A DNA stretch of 64,000 nt, from the NCBI GenBank assembly GCA_963734535.1, contig CAVTHS010000010.1:256001-320000 (forward strand), written 5' to 3'. The notes beneath the pieces were generated by a model. The model ran no database searches. It had not been told where the DNA came from and worked only from the letters and a program-made list of their open reading frames with translations. The stretch comes from an uncultured Chloroflexia bacterium. GTDB taxonomy: Bacteria > Chloroflexota > Limnocylindria > Limnocylindrales > CSP1-4. Each line of letters begins with the position of its first letter. The stretch's first letter is position 1. Below, in pieces: positions 29,609-41,921 of this stretch. The position numbers and the translations under genes are program-made.

Positions 29609-29700
29609 CGTGGGCACCCAGGCCCGCGTGGGCACCCGGGCCCGCGTGGGCACCCAAGTCCCGCGTGGGCACCCGGGCCCCGCGTGGGCAATCAGGCCCG
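29609..29700. repeat. Tandem repeat, five copies of 18-19 bp (CGTGGGCACCCRGGCCCG)
   Basis: Units start at 29609, 29627, 29645, 29664 and 29683, upstream of sucC. Confidence 0.9.
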
Positions 29701-29786
29701 CGAGCCCGGGTGCCGCGCTACCATCGGTCCCCACACTCGGTCCTTTCACACCCGCGCCCACGCCCGTCGAGATCGCAGGAGCTGCC

Positions 29787-30971
29787 GTGAAGATCCAGGA
29801 AGCCGACGCGAAGTCGCTGCTCGCCGCGCAGGGCCTGCCCGTCCCGCCTTGGGCCGTCGCCCGGACTGCGGCGGATGCGCGGGCCGCCGCCGAGCGGTTC
29901 CTCGCCGCCGGTGCGGGCCGGGTCGTGATCAAGGCGCAGGTCCTCGTCGGCGGTCGCGGGAAGGCCGGCGGCGTGAAGCTGGCCGGATCGCCGGCCGAAG
30001 CGGAAGAGGTGGCCGCGCGGATCCTCGGCATGGAGATCAAGGGGATCCCGGTTCGCAAGGTGCTGGTCGGCCCGGCGGCCGTGATCGTCAAGGAGTTCTA
30101 CCTCGGCGCGATTCTCGATCGCGCATCGCGCCGGATCGTCCTGATGGCCTCGGCCGAGGGCGGCGTGGAGATCGAGGAGGTTGCGAAGGCCACACCGGAA
30201 GCGATCCACCGCGTCGCCGCCCACCCGCTCCTCGGGCTGCTCGACTGGCAGGCTCGCGAGCTCGCCTTCGCCGTGGGCCTCGCAGGACCGCACCTGCGCG
30301 ACTTCGTCAAGATCGCGCGCGGAATCGTGAGCACGATGCGTGCGTACGACGCGGACCTGGTCGAGGTGAACCCCCTCGCGATCATCCGGGAGAGCGGGCC
30401 GGAGGGCCACGTGGAGCGCCTGGCGTGCCTCGACGCGAAGGTGACCCTGGACGACTCGGCCCTTCCCCGTCATCCCGACCTGGAGAAGCTGCGCGACCTC
30501 GACGAGGAGGACCCCGCCGACGCCGAGGCACGGCACTACGACATCAGCTTCATCCACCTCGACGGCTCGATCGGCTGCATGGTCAACGGGGCCGGCCTGG
30601 CGATGACGACGATGGATCTGGTGAACCGTGCGGGCGGCGCTCCGGCGAACTTCCTCGACATCGGCGGCGGCGCGAAGGCCGACCGCGTCTCGGCGGCCAT
30701 GCGGCTGATCCTTGCCGACCCGAAGGTGCGCGCGATCCTCGTCAACATCTTCGGCGGGATCACGCGCGGCGACGAGGTCGCCCGCGGCCTGATCGACGCC
30801 CGGGCGCGCCAGGAGCGCGAGGTGCCGATGGTCGTCCGGATCGTGGGCACGAACGCGGAGGAGGCGGCGCGCCTCCTGCGCGAGGCCGCGTTCGAGACCG
30901 CCGCGACGCTCGACGAGGCGGCCGCGAAAGCGGTCGCCGCGGCCCGGCAGGCGACGGGAGGCATGGCATGA
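29787..30971 (+). CDS. sucC: Succinyl-CoA synthetase beta subunit
   Basis: [40 protein letters not shown] and NIFGGI motifs. Confidence 0.97.
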   Translation: MKIQEADAKSLLAAQGLPVPPWAVARTAADARAAAERFLAAGAGRVVIKAQVLVGGRGKAGGVKLAGSPAEAEEVAARILGMEIKGIPVRKVLVGPAAVIVKEFYLGAILDRASRRIVLMASAEGGVEIEEVAKATPEAIHRVAAHPLLGLLDWQARELAFAVGLAGPHLRDFVKIARGIVSTMRAYDADLVEVNPLAIIRESGPEGHVERLACLDAKVTLDDSALPRHPDLEKLRDLDEEDPADAEARHYDISFIHLDGSIGCMVNGAGLAMTTMDLVNRAGGAPANFLDIGGGAKADRVSAAMRLILADPKVRAILVNIFGGITRGDEVARGLIDARARQEREVPMVVRIVGTNAEEAARLLREAAFETAATLDEAAAKAVAAARQATGGMA

Positions 30972-31853
30972 GCATCCTGATCGGCCGCGAGACGCGGCTC
31001 GTGGTCCAGGGCATCACCGGTCGCGAGGGCGAGTTCCACTCGCGCCAGATGCTCGAGTACGGCACCAACATCGTGGCGGGCATGACGCCGGGCAAGGGAG
31101 GCCTCTCGGCGCTCGACAACCGGGTCCCCGTGTTCGACACGGTGGCGGAGGCGGTCGCGCCAGACGGGCGCCAACACCTCGTGCATCTTCGTCCCTGCAT
31201 CTGGGGCCCCGGACGCCATTCTCGAGGCCGTCGGAGCGGGAATCACGACCATCTTCTGCATCACCGAAGGGATACCGGCCCTCGACATGCTTCCGGTCGT
31301 GGAGGTCGTCCGGGCTGCCGGCGCGCGGCTGATCGGCCCCAACTGCCCGGGCGCCACGTCGCCAGGCCGGGCGAAGGTCGGGATCATCCCGGGGTCCATC
31401 CACCACGAGGGGCGCGTGGGCGTGGTCTCGCGGTCGGGCACGCTCACCTACGAGGCGGTCCAGGCAATGACGGACGCGGGGATCGGGCAATCGACCTGCG
31501 TCGGGATCGGCGGCGACCCGATCATCGGGACGACGTTCCTCGACATCCTCCAGCTCTTCGCGGCAGATCCGGAGACCGAGGCGATCGTTCTGATCGGCGA
31601 GATCGGCGGGGCGGCCGAAGAGGAGGCGGCCGCCTGGGCCGCGGAGCACCTTCGAGATGTGCCGATGGCGGCCTTCATCGCGGGCCGGACCGCGCCCGAA
31701 GGCAAGCGCATGGGCCACGCCGGCGCGATCATCTCCGGCGGCCGCGGCACGGCCGCCGACAAGGTCACGGCCCTCGAGGCCGCGGGAATCCGGGTCGCCG
31801 GATCCCCAACCGAGCTGCCCGCGCTCCTGAGAGCGGCGGGGCATCGGGGCTAG
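30968..31853 (+). CDS. sucD: Succinyl-CoA synthetase alpha subunit (frameshift near 31160)
   Basis: [31 protein letters not shown] and RMGHAGA motifs; one extra base splits the frame. Confidence 0.95.
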
Positions 31854-31883
31854 GACCTGCAGGCCGGCGAGGTCAGCTGAGCG

Positions 31884-32437
31884 TCAGCGCGACGTCCCGA
31901 GCTCGCCTGGGGCTCGGAATCCATCCGGATAGAGCCCGGCCCACGCCGGGCCGCCCGGCGCCTCGATCAGCTCGACGAGCACCCCGTGGCAGCTCTTCGG
32001 GTGCAGGAATGCGACCGGCCCCTCGGCACCCGGCCGGGGCGATGCATCGATCAGCTGCACGCCATCGGAAGCGAGCCTGCCGAGCGTCGCCGCGATGTCG
32101 GCGACCTCGAAGCAGACGTGGTGAAAGCCCTCGCCGCGGGTCTCCAGGAAGCGCGCTACGCCGGTCGTCGCGTCCGTCGGCTCGACGAGCTCGATCTTGA
32201 CTTCGCCCACGGGCAGGAACGCGATGTTGACGCGGTCGAGAGGGATCGGGACGACCGGGCCGGGGCGAGCCCCAGGGTGTCGCGATAGAAGCGAAGGGCG
32301 GCCGTCACCTCCCGCACGACGACGGCAACGTGGTGGACGCGACCAACGTCGGCAATGCCGGACGGCAGGCCGGCGAACGGCTCCGGTATCGGGGCTCCGC
32401 GGGGATTCCCGGCGCCCGTCTCGAACGGCGGAGTCAC
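31884..32437 (-). CDS. mce: Methylmalonyl-CoA epimerase (VOC family; frameshift(s) near 32250-32275)
   Basis: [25 protein letters not shown] and [15 protein letters not shown] motifs. Confidence 0.9.
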
Positions 32438-34122
32438 ACGGTCACCAGCTCGCGATGCTCGCCCCAGGCGGCGCGAAGTCGATCCGAGATCTCCCCGACC
32501 GTGGCGTAGGCGCGGACCGCCTCGATCAGCGCGGGCATCAGGTTCTCGTCGCCGCGAGCGCACTCCGCCACCCGCCGAAGCGCGGCGTTCCACGCGGCGG
32601 GATCCCGTTCGGCGCGGACGCGTCGCAGCTCCACCACCTGGCGACGTTCGCCGTCGGGGTCGATCCGCTGGAGCGGCGGCGTCCGGTGGCCCTCGTCCTG
32701 GAAGCGATTGACGCCGACGACCACCTGGCCCCCGTCCTCGATCGCGCGCTGGACCTGGTAGGACGATTCCTGGATCTGGCGCTGCTGAAAGCCGCCTTCG
32801 ATCGCCGCGAGCGTCCCGCCCAGCGCCTCGATCTCGTCGAGGAGCTCCCGTGCCGCCGCCTCCAGCTGATCGGTGAGAGTCTCCACGTAGTAGCTGCCCG
32901 CCAGCGGGTCGGGCGTCTCCGTGACGCCTGCTTCGTACGCCAGGATCTGCTGCGTCCGCAGCGCCAGCCGGGCGGCCTCCTCGGTCGGCAGGGCAAGGGC
33001 CTCATCACGCGAGTTCGTGTGCAGGCTCTGGGCCCCGCCCATGACCGCGGCGAGCGCCTGGACCGTCGTCCGCACCACGTTGTTGTCGATCGACTGGGCC
33101 GTCAGCGAGCTCCCCGCCGTCTGGACGTGGAAGCGGCACATCATGGACCGCGGGTCGCGAGCGCCGAATCGATCGTGCATGAGACGTGCCCACATGCGCC
33201 GCGCTGCGCGGAACTTGGCTACCTCCTCGAAGAGCTCGCTCCACGCCGCGAAGAAGAAGCTGAGCCGGCCCGCGAACGCGTCGACGTCCAGACCGCGGGC
33301 GACCGCCGCGTCGACGTAGGCGATCGCGTCGGCCATCGTGAAGGCCAGCTCCTGGGCGGCCGTCGCCCCGGCTTCGCGCATGTGGTAGCCGGAGATGCTG
33401 ATCGTGTTCCAGCGGGGCAGCTCGCGGGCCGAGAACTCGAAGATGTCGGTCACGAGGCGCATCGAGGGGCGCGGCGGGAAGATGTAGGTGCCGCGAGCGA
33501 TGTACTCCTTGAGGATGTCGTTCTGGGTCGTGCCCGCGACCCGCGCCCGGGGAACGCCCTGGTTCTCGGCCGCCGCCACGTACAGCGCCAGGAGGATCCC
33601 GGCGGTCGCGTTGATCGTCATCGAGGTGCTGACGTCGCCGAGCGGGATCCCGGCGAAGAGCGATTCCATGTCGGCAAGCGAGCAGACCGGCACGCCGACG
33701 CGACCGACCTCCCCCTCCGCCTCGTGGGCGTCGCTGTCGTAGCCCATCTGCGTCGGCAGGTCGAACGCGACCGACAGGCCTGTCTGGCCCTGCGCCAGGA
33801 GGTAGCGGAAGCGCTCGTTCGTCTCGGCTGCGGTCGCGAATCCCGCGTACTGGCGCATGGTCCAGAAGCGACCCCGGTACATGGTCGGCTGGACGCCCCG
33901 CGTGAACGGGTACTCCCCGGGGCGCCCCAGGTCGCGCGCCTCGTCCAGGCCGGCGACGTCCGCCGGCGTGTAGAGATCGGCGATCTCGATCCCGGACGAT
34001 GTCGCGAACCGCTCACGGCGCTCCGGGGTCGTGGCGATCGCCTTTGCTCGCGCCGTGGCGCGCCAGGTATCACGACCGGGATCGGGCCGGGGCGGGGGTG
34101 TCGCGGCGGCGTCGGTGGCCAT
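32434..34122 (-). CDS. Methylmalonyl-CoA mutase, substrate-binding (large) subunit
   Basis: [45 protein letters not shown] and QSLHTN motifs; no B12-binding domain. Confidence 0.95.
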   Translation of the reverse strand: MATDAAATPPPRPDPGRDTWRATARAKAIATTPERRERFATSSGIEIADLYTPADVAGLDEARDLGRPGEYPFTRGVQPTMYRGRFWTMRQYAGFATAAETNERFRYLLAQGQTGLSVAFDLPTQMGYDSDAHEAEGEVGRVGVPVCSLADMESLFAGIPLGDVSTSMTINATAGILLALYVAAAENQGVPRARVAGTTQNDILKEYIARGTYIFPPRPSMRLVTDIFEFSARELPRWNTISISGYHMREAGATAAQELAFTMADAIAYVDAAVARGLDVDAFAGRLSFFFAAWSELFEEVAKFRAARRMWARLMHDRFGARDPRSMMCRFHVQTAGSSLTAQSIDNNVVRTTVQALAAVMGGAQSLHTNSRDEALALPTEEAARLALRTQQILAYEAGVTETPDPLAGSYYVETLTDQLEAAARELLDEIEALGGTLAAIEGGFQQRQIQESSYQVQRAIEDGGQVVVGVNRFQDEGHRTPPLQRIDPDGERRQVVELRRVRAERDPAAWNAALRRVAECARGDENLMPALIEAVRAYATVGEISDRLRAAWGEHRELVTV

Positions 34123-34133
34123 GGATGCTCCGC

Positions 34134-34838
34134 TCAGTGGATGACGACGAGAAGGTCGCCGACCTCGATCGTATCGCCAACGGCAACCCCGACGCGCTCG
34201 ACGGTGCCCTCTCGCGGTGCGCGGAGCTCGTTCTGCATCTTCATCGCCTCCACCACGAGGATCTGCTGGCCGGCCTCCACGCTGTCGCCCACGACCACTG
34301 ACACGGCCACCACCTGACCCGGGATGATCGCGCGAACCTCGACGGGGCCGCCGTGTGAGGCGACGCCGGCGCCGCGTCGCGCCCGCGCCCGGAGCACGGC
34401 CCGGCGCTCGAACTCAACCTCGACCTCGATCCGCCAGCCATCCACGACCACCTCGCGAAGCCGCGTGCCGTGGCCGGCGTCGACGCGGACCGGGCCGAGC
34501 TGGAGGTCGGTCCGGACGTCAGGGCCGGCAGGGTGGGATGCGGCGGATTCGACGAGCCGGGCCCGGACCTCGTCGAACCGCTCGAGGCGGACCGGGGCTG
34601 CGACGCCATCGACGACCGGGAGCGCTGGACCCCGGTCGCCGTCCTGCGGCAGGAGCGTGGACGCATCGGGAGGCGGCGCCAGGGTGATCGCAGGGTCGCC
34701 TTCGAGCCGGGCGGACGCCGCGACTCCGACGCGGACGGCTCGCGCGTCGATGTCGCCGTCCGGCACCTGGGGACCGCCCACATCTGGCGTCGGGCCGGCG
34801 ATCGTGGTCGGGGCCACATGGCGACGATCGTGGCTCAT
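34134..34838 (-). CDS. Biotin carboxyl carrier protein with N-terminal extension
   Basis: VEAMKMQNE biotinylation motif in a C-terminal lipoyl-like domain; start uncertain. Confidence 0.88.
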   Translation of the reverse strand: MSHDRRHVAPTTIAGPTPDVGGPQVPDGDIDARAVRVGVAASARLEGDPAITLAPPPDASTLLPQDGDRGPALPVVDGVAAPVRLERFDEVRARLVESAASHPAGPDVRTDLQLGPVRVDAGHGTRLREVVVDGWRIEVEVEFERRAVLRARARRGAGVASHGGPVEVRAIIPGQVVAVSVVVGDSVEAGQQILVVEAMKMQNELRAPREGTVERVGVAVGDTIEVGDLLVVIH

Positions 34839-34869
34839 GGCAACCTGCGGGCGATGCGGCGATCGTGGC

Positions 34870-36513
34870 TCATCGCGGCCACCGGTCCACAGCTTGCGCT
34901 CGGCCGGCGGAACGCCAGCGCGGGTCACCGTCGACGGCGACCGCGCCATCCGAACCCTGCCGCGCCGTGCCCGGCCCCACGAGCGAGCCTGCGGCCGGCG
35001 CGACGGGTGCGCCCGAACCGTCGAGTGGGCCTGAGCCGCCCGACCCCGCGCCGCCAAGCTCCGCGAGGCCCGCGGCGAGCAGCGCAACCCGGACGGCCCG
35101 TGCCCGCGAGGCCGGGCCGTCCCAGTGTGCTTCGACCCACGTCGTGGCGAGCGCCGACGTGTCGATGAAGCCGGGCTCCGCGAGCATCGCCCGGTGAAAT
35201 GGGAGCGACGACTGGATGCCCCCGATCTCGGCCTCGTCGAGCGCGCGACGGAGCCGAGCCAGGGCCGTGGCGCGATCGGCAGCATGCACGATCAGCTTGC
35301 AGATCAGCGGGTCGTACTCCGGGGGAATCCGTTCGCCTGCCTCGACGGCCGTGTCGACCCGAATCCCCGGGCCAGCCGGCATCACCCACCGCGTGATCCG
35401 TCCCGGTGCCGGCGCAAAGACGCGCGCTGGATCCTCCGCCGATATCCGGACCTCGATCGCATGGCTCGTCGGACGCGCCGCTCGGTCGGCAGCCGCGAGA
35501 ACGCGCGGCGAGAGCGGTGCCCCGGCGGCCAGCCGGAACTGCTCGGCCACGAGGTCGAGCCCCGACACCAGCTCGGTCACCGGGTGCTCCACCTGGAGCC
35601 GCGTGTTCACCTCGAGGAACCAGAACGACCCGTCGCGGTCGCACAGGAACTCCACCGTCGCCGCGTTCTGGAGCCCGGCCGCGGCGCCGAGCCGCACCGC
35701 CATCGCGTGGAGCCGGCGCCGATCCGTTTCCACCAGCCCGGGCGCGGGCGCCTCCTCGATCAGCTTCTGGTGCCGTCGCTGGGTCGAGCAGTCTCGCTCG
35801 CCCAGCGCGATGACCTGGCCCGTCGCGTCGCCGAGGAGCTGGACCTCGATGTGTCGCGCCGGCATGATCTCGCGCTCCAGGTAGACGGCTCCGTCGCCGA
35901 ACGACGCGGCTGCCTCGCGCGAGCCGGCGATCAGCGCGGCGGGCAGCTCATCCGGCGAGACGACGCGACGGATTCCCCGTCCACCGCCACCAGCCGCGGC
36001 CTTGACGAGGAGGGGGAATCCGACGCCAACCGCGGCCGCGATGACCGCCTCCAGCTGGTCTGGCCTGTCGACCGCAACTGCCTCGAGCGTTCCAGGCACG
36101 TGTGGGACGTCGGCCAGGCGCGCGATCCGCCGCGCCGCGAGCTTGTCGCCGAGCGCGGCGATCACGGAAGGCGGCGGCCCGACGAAGACGAGCCCGGCCT
36201 GCTCCACGGCCACTGCGAAGGCGGCGCGCTCGGACAGGAAGCCATAGCCGGGATGGACGGCCTCGGCCCCGGACGCGACCGCGGCGGCGACGATGGCATC
36301 GATGCGCAGGTAGCTCTCGGCGGGCGACGCGGGCCCAAGCCGGATCGCGAGGTCCGCCGCGCGCACGTGCGCGGCCGACGCGTCCGCATCGGAGTAGACG
36401 GCGACTGCCTCCATCCCCATCTCGTGAGCCGCCCGAACGATCCGGAGCGCGATCTCGCCCCGGTTCGCGACAAGAATCCGCCGAAAGGGCGGGGCTGCAG
36501 CAGCGTCCTTCAC
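34870..36513 (-). CDS. Biotin carboxylase subunit of acyl-CoA carboxylase
   Basis: ILVANRGEIA, HPGYGFLSE, KAAAGGGGRG, RDCSTQRRHQK and EVNTRLQVEHPVTE motifs. Confidence 0.95.
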   Translation of the reverse strand: MKDAAAAPPFRRILVANRGEIALRIVRAAHEMGMEAVAVYSDADASAAHVRAADLAIRLGPASPAESYLRIDAIVAAAVASGAEAVHPGYGFLSERAAFAVAVEQAGLVFVGPPPSVIAALGDKLAARRIARLADVPHVPGTLEAVAVDRPDQLEAVIAAAVGVGFPLLVKAAAGGGGRGIRRVVSPDELPAALIAGSREAAASFGDGAVYLEREIMPARHIEVQLLGDATGQVIALGERDCSTQRRHQKLIEEAPAPGLVETDRRRLHAMAVRLGAAAGLQNAATVEFLCDRDGSFWFLEVNTRLQVEHPVTELVSGLDLVAEQFRLAAGAPLSPRVLAAADRAARPTSHAIEVRISAEDPARVFAPAPGRITRWVMPAGPGIRVDTAVEAGERIPPEYDPLICKLIVHAADRATALARLRRALDEAEIGGIQSSLPFHRAMLAEPGFIDTSALATTWVEAHWDGPASRARAVRVALLAAGLAELGGAGSGGSGPLDGSGAPVAPAAGSLVGPGTARQGSDGAVAVDGDPRWRSAGRAQAVDRWPR

Positions 36514-36751
36514 GGACGCCGCTGCTTCGGGCCGTGTCGCCCCCGACCCCGTTCCCCGGGAAGACCGGTGCGCGAGGGGCCGGAGTGACCGGCACGCGAT
36601 GGGCCGGATCGTCTTTGCACAAAGACAGGCTGTTGCCCGCGAACGGGCCAGTTGGAGGCCGGCCGGCTCCCGGGGACGCGTTGACACCGCCGGACGCGCC
36701 GTCGCTCCCGAATGCGCGGGCGCCCCGCCGGGCCCATCCCTCCCCCGCCGC

Positions 36752-38305
<1,554 letters not shown>

Positions 38306-38398
38306 ATCGACCTCCTGGCGGCGCTCCGGTCTCGGGCCGTCAGCGCTGGGGCGCCATCATACGCAGCGGATCGCAATCCGGAGACTGGCGCACTGGTG

Positions 38399-38440
38399 TT
38401 ATCCACACAATCGTGAACATCTCCCCCGAAGTGTGGACAA
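38399..38440. promoter_or_regulatory. Pair of DnaA boxes in the pccB/parA divergent spacer
   Basis: TTATCCACA at 38399-38407 and TTGTCCACA on the minus strand at 38432-38440. Confidence 0.65.
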
Positions 38441-38536
38441 CGCCCGTTCGCGGACTGGCGGTGGTGGGGTAGCATCTAGAACCCGCGGCGAGCCAGGAGG
38501 CCCGCCCCCTCGATGACACGCAGAGGTGATTCCCTG

Positions 38537-39310
38537 GTGGCACAGGTCATCGCGATCGCGAACCAGAAGGGCGGCGTCGGCAAGACGACAACCGCGATCA
38601 ACCTCGCGGGAGCCCTCGCAGAGCTTGGCCATCGCGTCCTTGCCGTCGACATGGACCCACAGGCGAACCTGACCGTCGGCCTCGGGATCAACCTTGGCCT
38701 GGTCGAGCGCTCGATCGCCCACATCCTCGACGACGGCGCTGCGGATCTTGGGAGCATCATCCTCGAAAGCCAGACGGAGCGAATCGACGTCGTTCCCTCG
38801 ACGCTCGAGCTCGCGTCGACCGAGGTCGAGCTCTTCTCTGCGATCGGGCGCGAGTACGCGCTTCGCGAAGCGCTGGACGACGGGGTCCGCTCGATCTACG
38901 ACTACATCCTGATCGACTGCCCGCCGACCCTGGGCCTGCTCACGATCAACGGCCTCGTCGCAGCGAACAGCGTGATCATCCCGGTGCAGACGCAGTACTA
39001 CGCGTTGAAGGGCCTGAATGCCCTGGTCAAAGTCATCACCACGATCCGGACCAAGCTGAACCGGGACCTCCGAATCCTCGGCCTGCTCCCGACTTTCTAC
39101 GACGGACGCACGATCCTGGGGCGCGAGATGCTCGACGAGCTGCGCGAGCTCGGCGAGCATCACGTCTTCAACGCGATCATCCGGAACACCGTGAAGCTGG
39201 GCGAGGCCCCCTTGACCGGTCGACCGATCACCGCCTACGCGGGCAGCTCCGAGGCAGCGCGGGCATTCCGAGAGCTCGCGAAGGAGGTCATCGAACTTGG
39301 CCAAGCCTGA
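38537..39310 (+). CDS. parA: ParA/Soj family ATPase
   Basis: NQKGGVGKTT, DMDPQAN, IDCPPTLG and IRNTVKLGEAP motifs. Confidence 0.95.
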   Translation: MAQVIAIANQKGGVGKTTTAINLAGALAELGHRVLAVDMDPQANLTVGLGINLGLVERSIAHILDDGAADLGSIILESQTERIDVVPSTLELASTEVELFSAIGREYALREALDDGVRSIYDYILIDCPPTLGLLTINGLVAANSVIIPVQTQYYALKGLNALVKVITTIRTKLNRDLRILGLLPTFYDGRTILGREMLDELRELGEHHVFNAIIRNTVKLGEAPLTGRPITAYAGSSEAARAFRELAKEVIELGQA

Positions 39311-40286
39311 CTTCCGCGCGTTCGCGGCGCGTCGCCTCTCCGAGGAACGCGAGCTTTCGCCATCCATCGTCAGTCTTCTCTCCGCCGAGGGCGGGAGGAC
39401 GAGCGGCGTCCGCAATGTGCCGCTCGACCGGATCGAGGCCAACCCCGAGAACCCGCGCCTGGTATTCGAGGAATCCGCGCTCGAAGAGCTGGCCGCATCG
39501 ATTCGCGAGCACGGCGTCCTCCAGCCGGTCCTGGTCCGGCCGCGCGGTCCGAACCTGTTCCAGCTCGTTGCCGGCGAGCGGCGCTGGCGTGCCGCCAGGA
39601 TCGCCGGGCTCGTTGCGATCCCCGCGCTCGTCGAGGACCTCGACGATGACGTCGCCCTCGAGATCGCGATCATCGAGAACCTGCAGCGCGAGGACCTCTC
39701 GCCGCTCGAGGAAGCCTCGATGTACGACCGGATGATCAAGGACCACGGCTACAGCGTCCGGAAGCTTGCTCAGAAGCTCGGCAAGGACAAGGGCTACCTG
39801 GAGAACCGGCTTCGACTGGCCGACGCCCCGCAGGAGGTCCGCGACCTGGTGTCTCTGCGCAAAGACACCCTCTCGCACGCCTACGAGCTGATGAAGATCG
39901 ACGACCCGAAGAAGCGCAAGCGACTGGCCGGCCAGGTCGCCCGGGGCGAGCTGTCGCTGGTCAAGTTGCGCGAGAAGATCGAGGGACGGCCGGCTCGGGC
40001 TGCGATGGTTGACGATGGACCCGACGACGCCGGCCCCGAAGGCGCAAGCATCCCCGAGGCGGCGGCACCGGCCGCCCCCACCGGCGATGACGCACTCGTC
40101 GTCGCGAAGAACCAGTTCCATGACGCCCTGGCCGGGCTCATCGCGGTCCTCCGCAGCCAGGAGTTCACGTCGTCGGTCTCGCCGAACGATCGGCAGAACC
40201 TGGCCAAGTACCTCACGATCTCGAAGCTCACCCTCGAGAACGTGATCACCGTGGTCCGCGGCCCGGGCACGCGCGACCGCGAATGA
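39297..40286 (+). CDS. parB: ParB/Spo0J family protein
   Basis: NPENPR, GVLQP, AGERRWRA, ENLQREDL and HTH motifs. Confidence 0.93.
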   Translation: MAKPDFRAFAARRLSEERELSPSIVSLLSAEGGRTSGVRNVPLDRIEANPENPRLVFEESALEELAASIREHGVLQPVLVRPRGPNLFQLVAGERRWRAARIAGLVAIPALVEDLDDDVALEIAIIENLQREDLSPLEEASMYDRMIKDHGYSVRKLAQKLGKDKGYLENRLRLADAPQEVRDLVSLRKDTLSHAYELMKIDDPKKRKRLAGQVARGELSLVKLREKIEGRPARAAMVDDGPDDAGPEGASIPEAAAPAAPTGDDALVVAKNQFHDALAGLIAVLRSQEFTSSVSPNDRQNLAKYLTISKLTLENVITVVRGPGTRDRE

Positions 40287-40333
40287 CGTCCTGAGGCGAG
40301 GGGCGTGGGTCCCTCCCCGACCTGCGGCGCGAA

Positions 40334-40359
40334 GAAGCCGGCGCTCGTGCGCCGGCTTC
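40334..40359. terminator. GC-rich hairpin between convergent genes
   Basis: GAAGCCGGCGC-TCGT-GCGCCGGCTTC perfect 11-bp stem. Confidence 0.55.
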
Positions 40360-40405
40360 GTGCATTCGTCGACGGTCGGGCGACTGACCGCCGGCGATTG
40401 TTGCG

Positions 40406-40951
40406 TCAGCGAGTCGTGGGGGTCGGCGTCCGGGTCGGCGTGGGCGTTGGCGCGTGCACGGTGACCGGCTTCGTCGCCGCCGGCTTGCCGTGGCCGTGGT
40501 TCAGCTTGGCAATCGAGCTGACGTACGCGCCGTGATTGGCAAACCCGGCCGGAGTCGTGGCGTGGGCGGCCTCGGAGACCATCTTGCCGTGATTGTCAGG
40601 GTGCGGGGCGCCTGTTCCCGTCGTCGCGTCCACGTCGGGCGACTCGGCGGTCCTGGGCGACTGGGCGGTCCTGGGCGACTCGGTCGCCTTGGATGACTTC
40701 GTTGCCTCGGGCGTCTCGTTGGCCTCGGGCGTCTCGTTGGCCTCGGGCGTCTCGTTGGCCTCGGGCGTCTTCGTGCCGCTGGTCGCGTCCGGGCGCCCTG
40801 CGCGGACCGGGACGGTCTTGCCCGACGCAGCCCTTGCCGTGGCCAGCCCGTCCGCGGCTGCCTGGGGTGGCGCGCTCGCGGCGGCGAATACCGCGGTGGC
40901 GGACAGGGCGACAGCGGCAACAGCGGCAAGGATGCTCTTGGTTCGATGCAT
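40406..40951 (-). CDS. Secreted low-complexity protein with ETPEAN repeats and NHG motifs
   Basis: Signal peptide MHRTKSILAAVAAVALSATAVFA; tandem TPEANE units; NHGKMVSEAA / NHGAYVSSIA. Confidence 0.75.
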   Translation of the reverse strand: MHRTKSILAAVAAVALSATAVFAAASAPPQAAADGLATARAASGKTVPVRAGRPDATSGTKTPEANETPEANETPEANETPEATKSSKATESPRTAQSPRTAESPDVDATTGTGAPHPDNHGKMVSEAAHATTPAGFANHGAYVSSIAKLNHGHGKPAATKPVTVHAPTPTPTRTPTPTTR

Positions 40952-41078
40952 AGGTCCATGATCTCCGGTGTGGTGCGACCGTTTGCCGCGCATCTACGGA
41001 AACGATCCGGCGCAGGCTTCCGTTAGGGGCCTGGCCCGGACTTCCGGCGATCCGGGCGCCGGGACGTTCGTCCCACGG

Positions 41079-41915
41079 TCAGAGAAGGCCCACGGCAGCG
41101 AGCGACGCCACCCAGCCCGCCGCGAGGATCGCGAGCCCGATCGCCTGGACCTCCCACGCTCGCTGGAGCCGGCCGGCGAGCCCCAGGGCGAGGCCGGCCA
41201 CCAGCGTCGCCGCGCCAAGAGCGGTCACCCAGGTGCCGGGGATCCACCCGGCGAGCGCGATCGCGGACGTGGTCGCGACGGCCCCGACGGCGAGGCCAAG
41301 CAGCGCGCCGAGCCGGATCGCCCGGTCACGGCCGAGGGATGTCGCCACGGTGCGCGTGCGGCTCGCGGCGTCCCGCTCCGCGTCGGCCAGCGAGTTCGCG
41401 ATCGCCAGCGACGTGCCGCCGAGCACGCCGAGCCCGGCGAGCACCAGGATGGGTTCGGGCAGGTCCCCCGTCGCGCCAACCCAGGCGAAGACCGGGAGAA
41501 GGGGGATTCCCGCGGCATACGGCAGCCACGACCAGGGCGATGCCTTGAGGCGCAGGTCGTACGCGAGCCCGATGCCGTAGCCGGCGCAGGCCACGAGCGC
41601 GGTCGCCGGTCCGGCGAACCCGGCGAGGACCAGCCCCGCCAGCCCGCAGACGACCCCGACTCCGAGCGCGATTCGCGCGGTGACCCGGCCGTCGACGAGG
41701 GGCTTGGATCGGCCGGCGATCGCGTCCGCCGGCGCGTCGAGAAGGTCGTTGAACGTGCCGATCGAGAGCTGGATCAGCAGCATTGACGCCCCGAGGAGCA
41801 CGGCCCGGCCGACCAGGGCACCGGCGAGCAGGGCCAGGGCCAGCGTGACCGCGGCGTCCAGCGCCGACGGGAACGGATGAACCAGCCGCGCGAGGCCGGT
41901 CAGGACGCGGTTCAC
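41079..41915 (-). CDS. UbiA family prenyltransferase
   Basis: NDLLDAPAD and NSLADAERD aspartate motifs, YDLRLK, multiple TM helices. Confidence 0.88.
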   Translation of the reverse strand: MNRVLTGLARLVHPFPSALDAAVTLALALLAGALVGRAVLLGASMLLIQLSIGTFNDLLDAPADAIAGRSKPLVDGRVTARIALGVGVVCGLAGLVLAGFAGPATALVACAGYGIGLAYDLRLKASPWSWLPYAAGIPLLPVFAWVGATGDLPEPILVLAGLGVLGGTSLAIANSLADAERDAASRTRTVATSLGRDRAIRLGALLGLAVGAVATTSAIALAGWIPGTWVTALGAATLVAGLALGLAGRLQRAWEVQAIGLAILAAGWVASLAAVGLL

Positions 41916-41921
41916 GCCTGC

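Noticed and set aside
38399-38440. Chromosomal origin oriC
   Set aside because: Only two clear DnaA boxes, no AT-rich unwinding element, and no dnaA/dnaN nearby.
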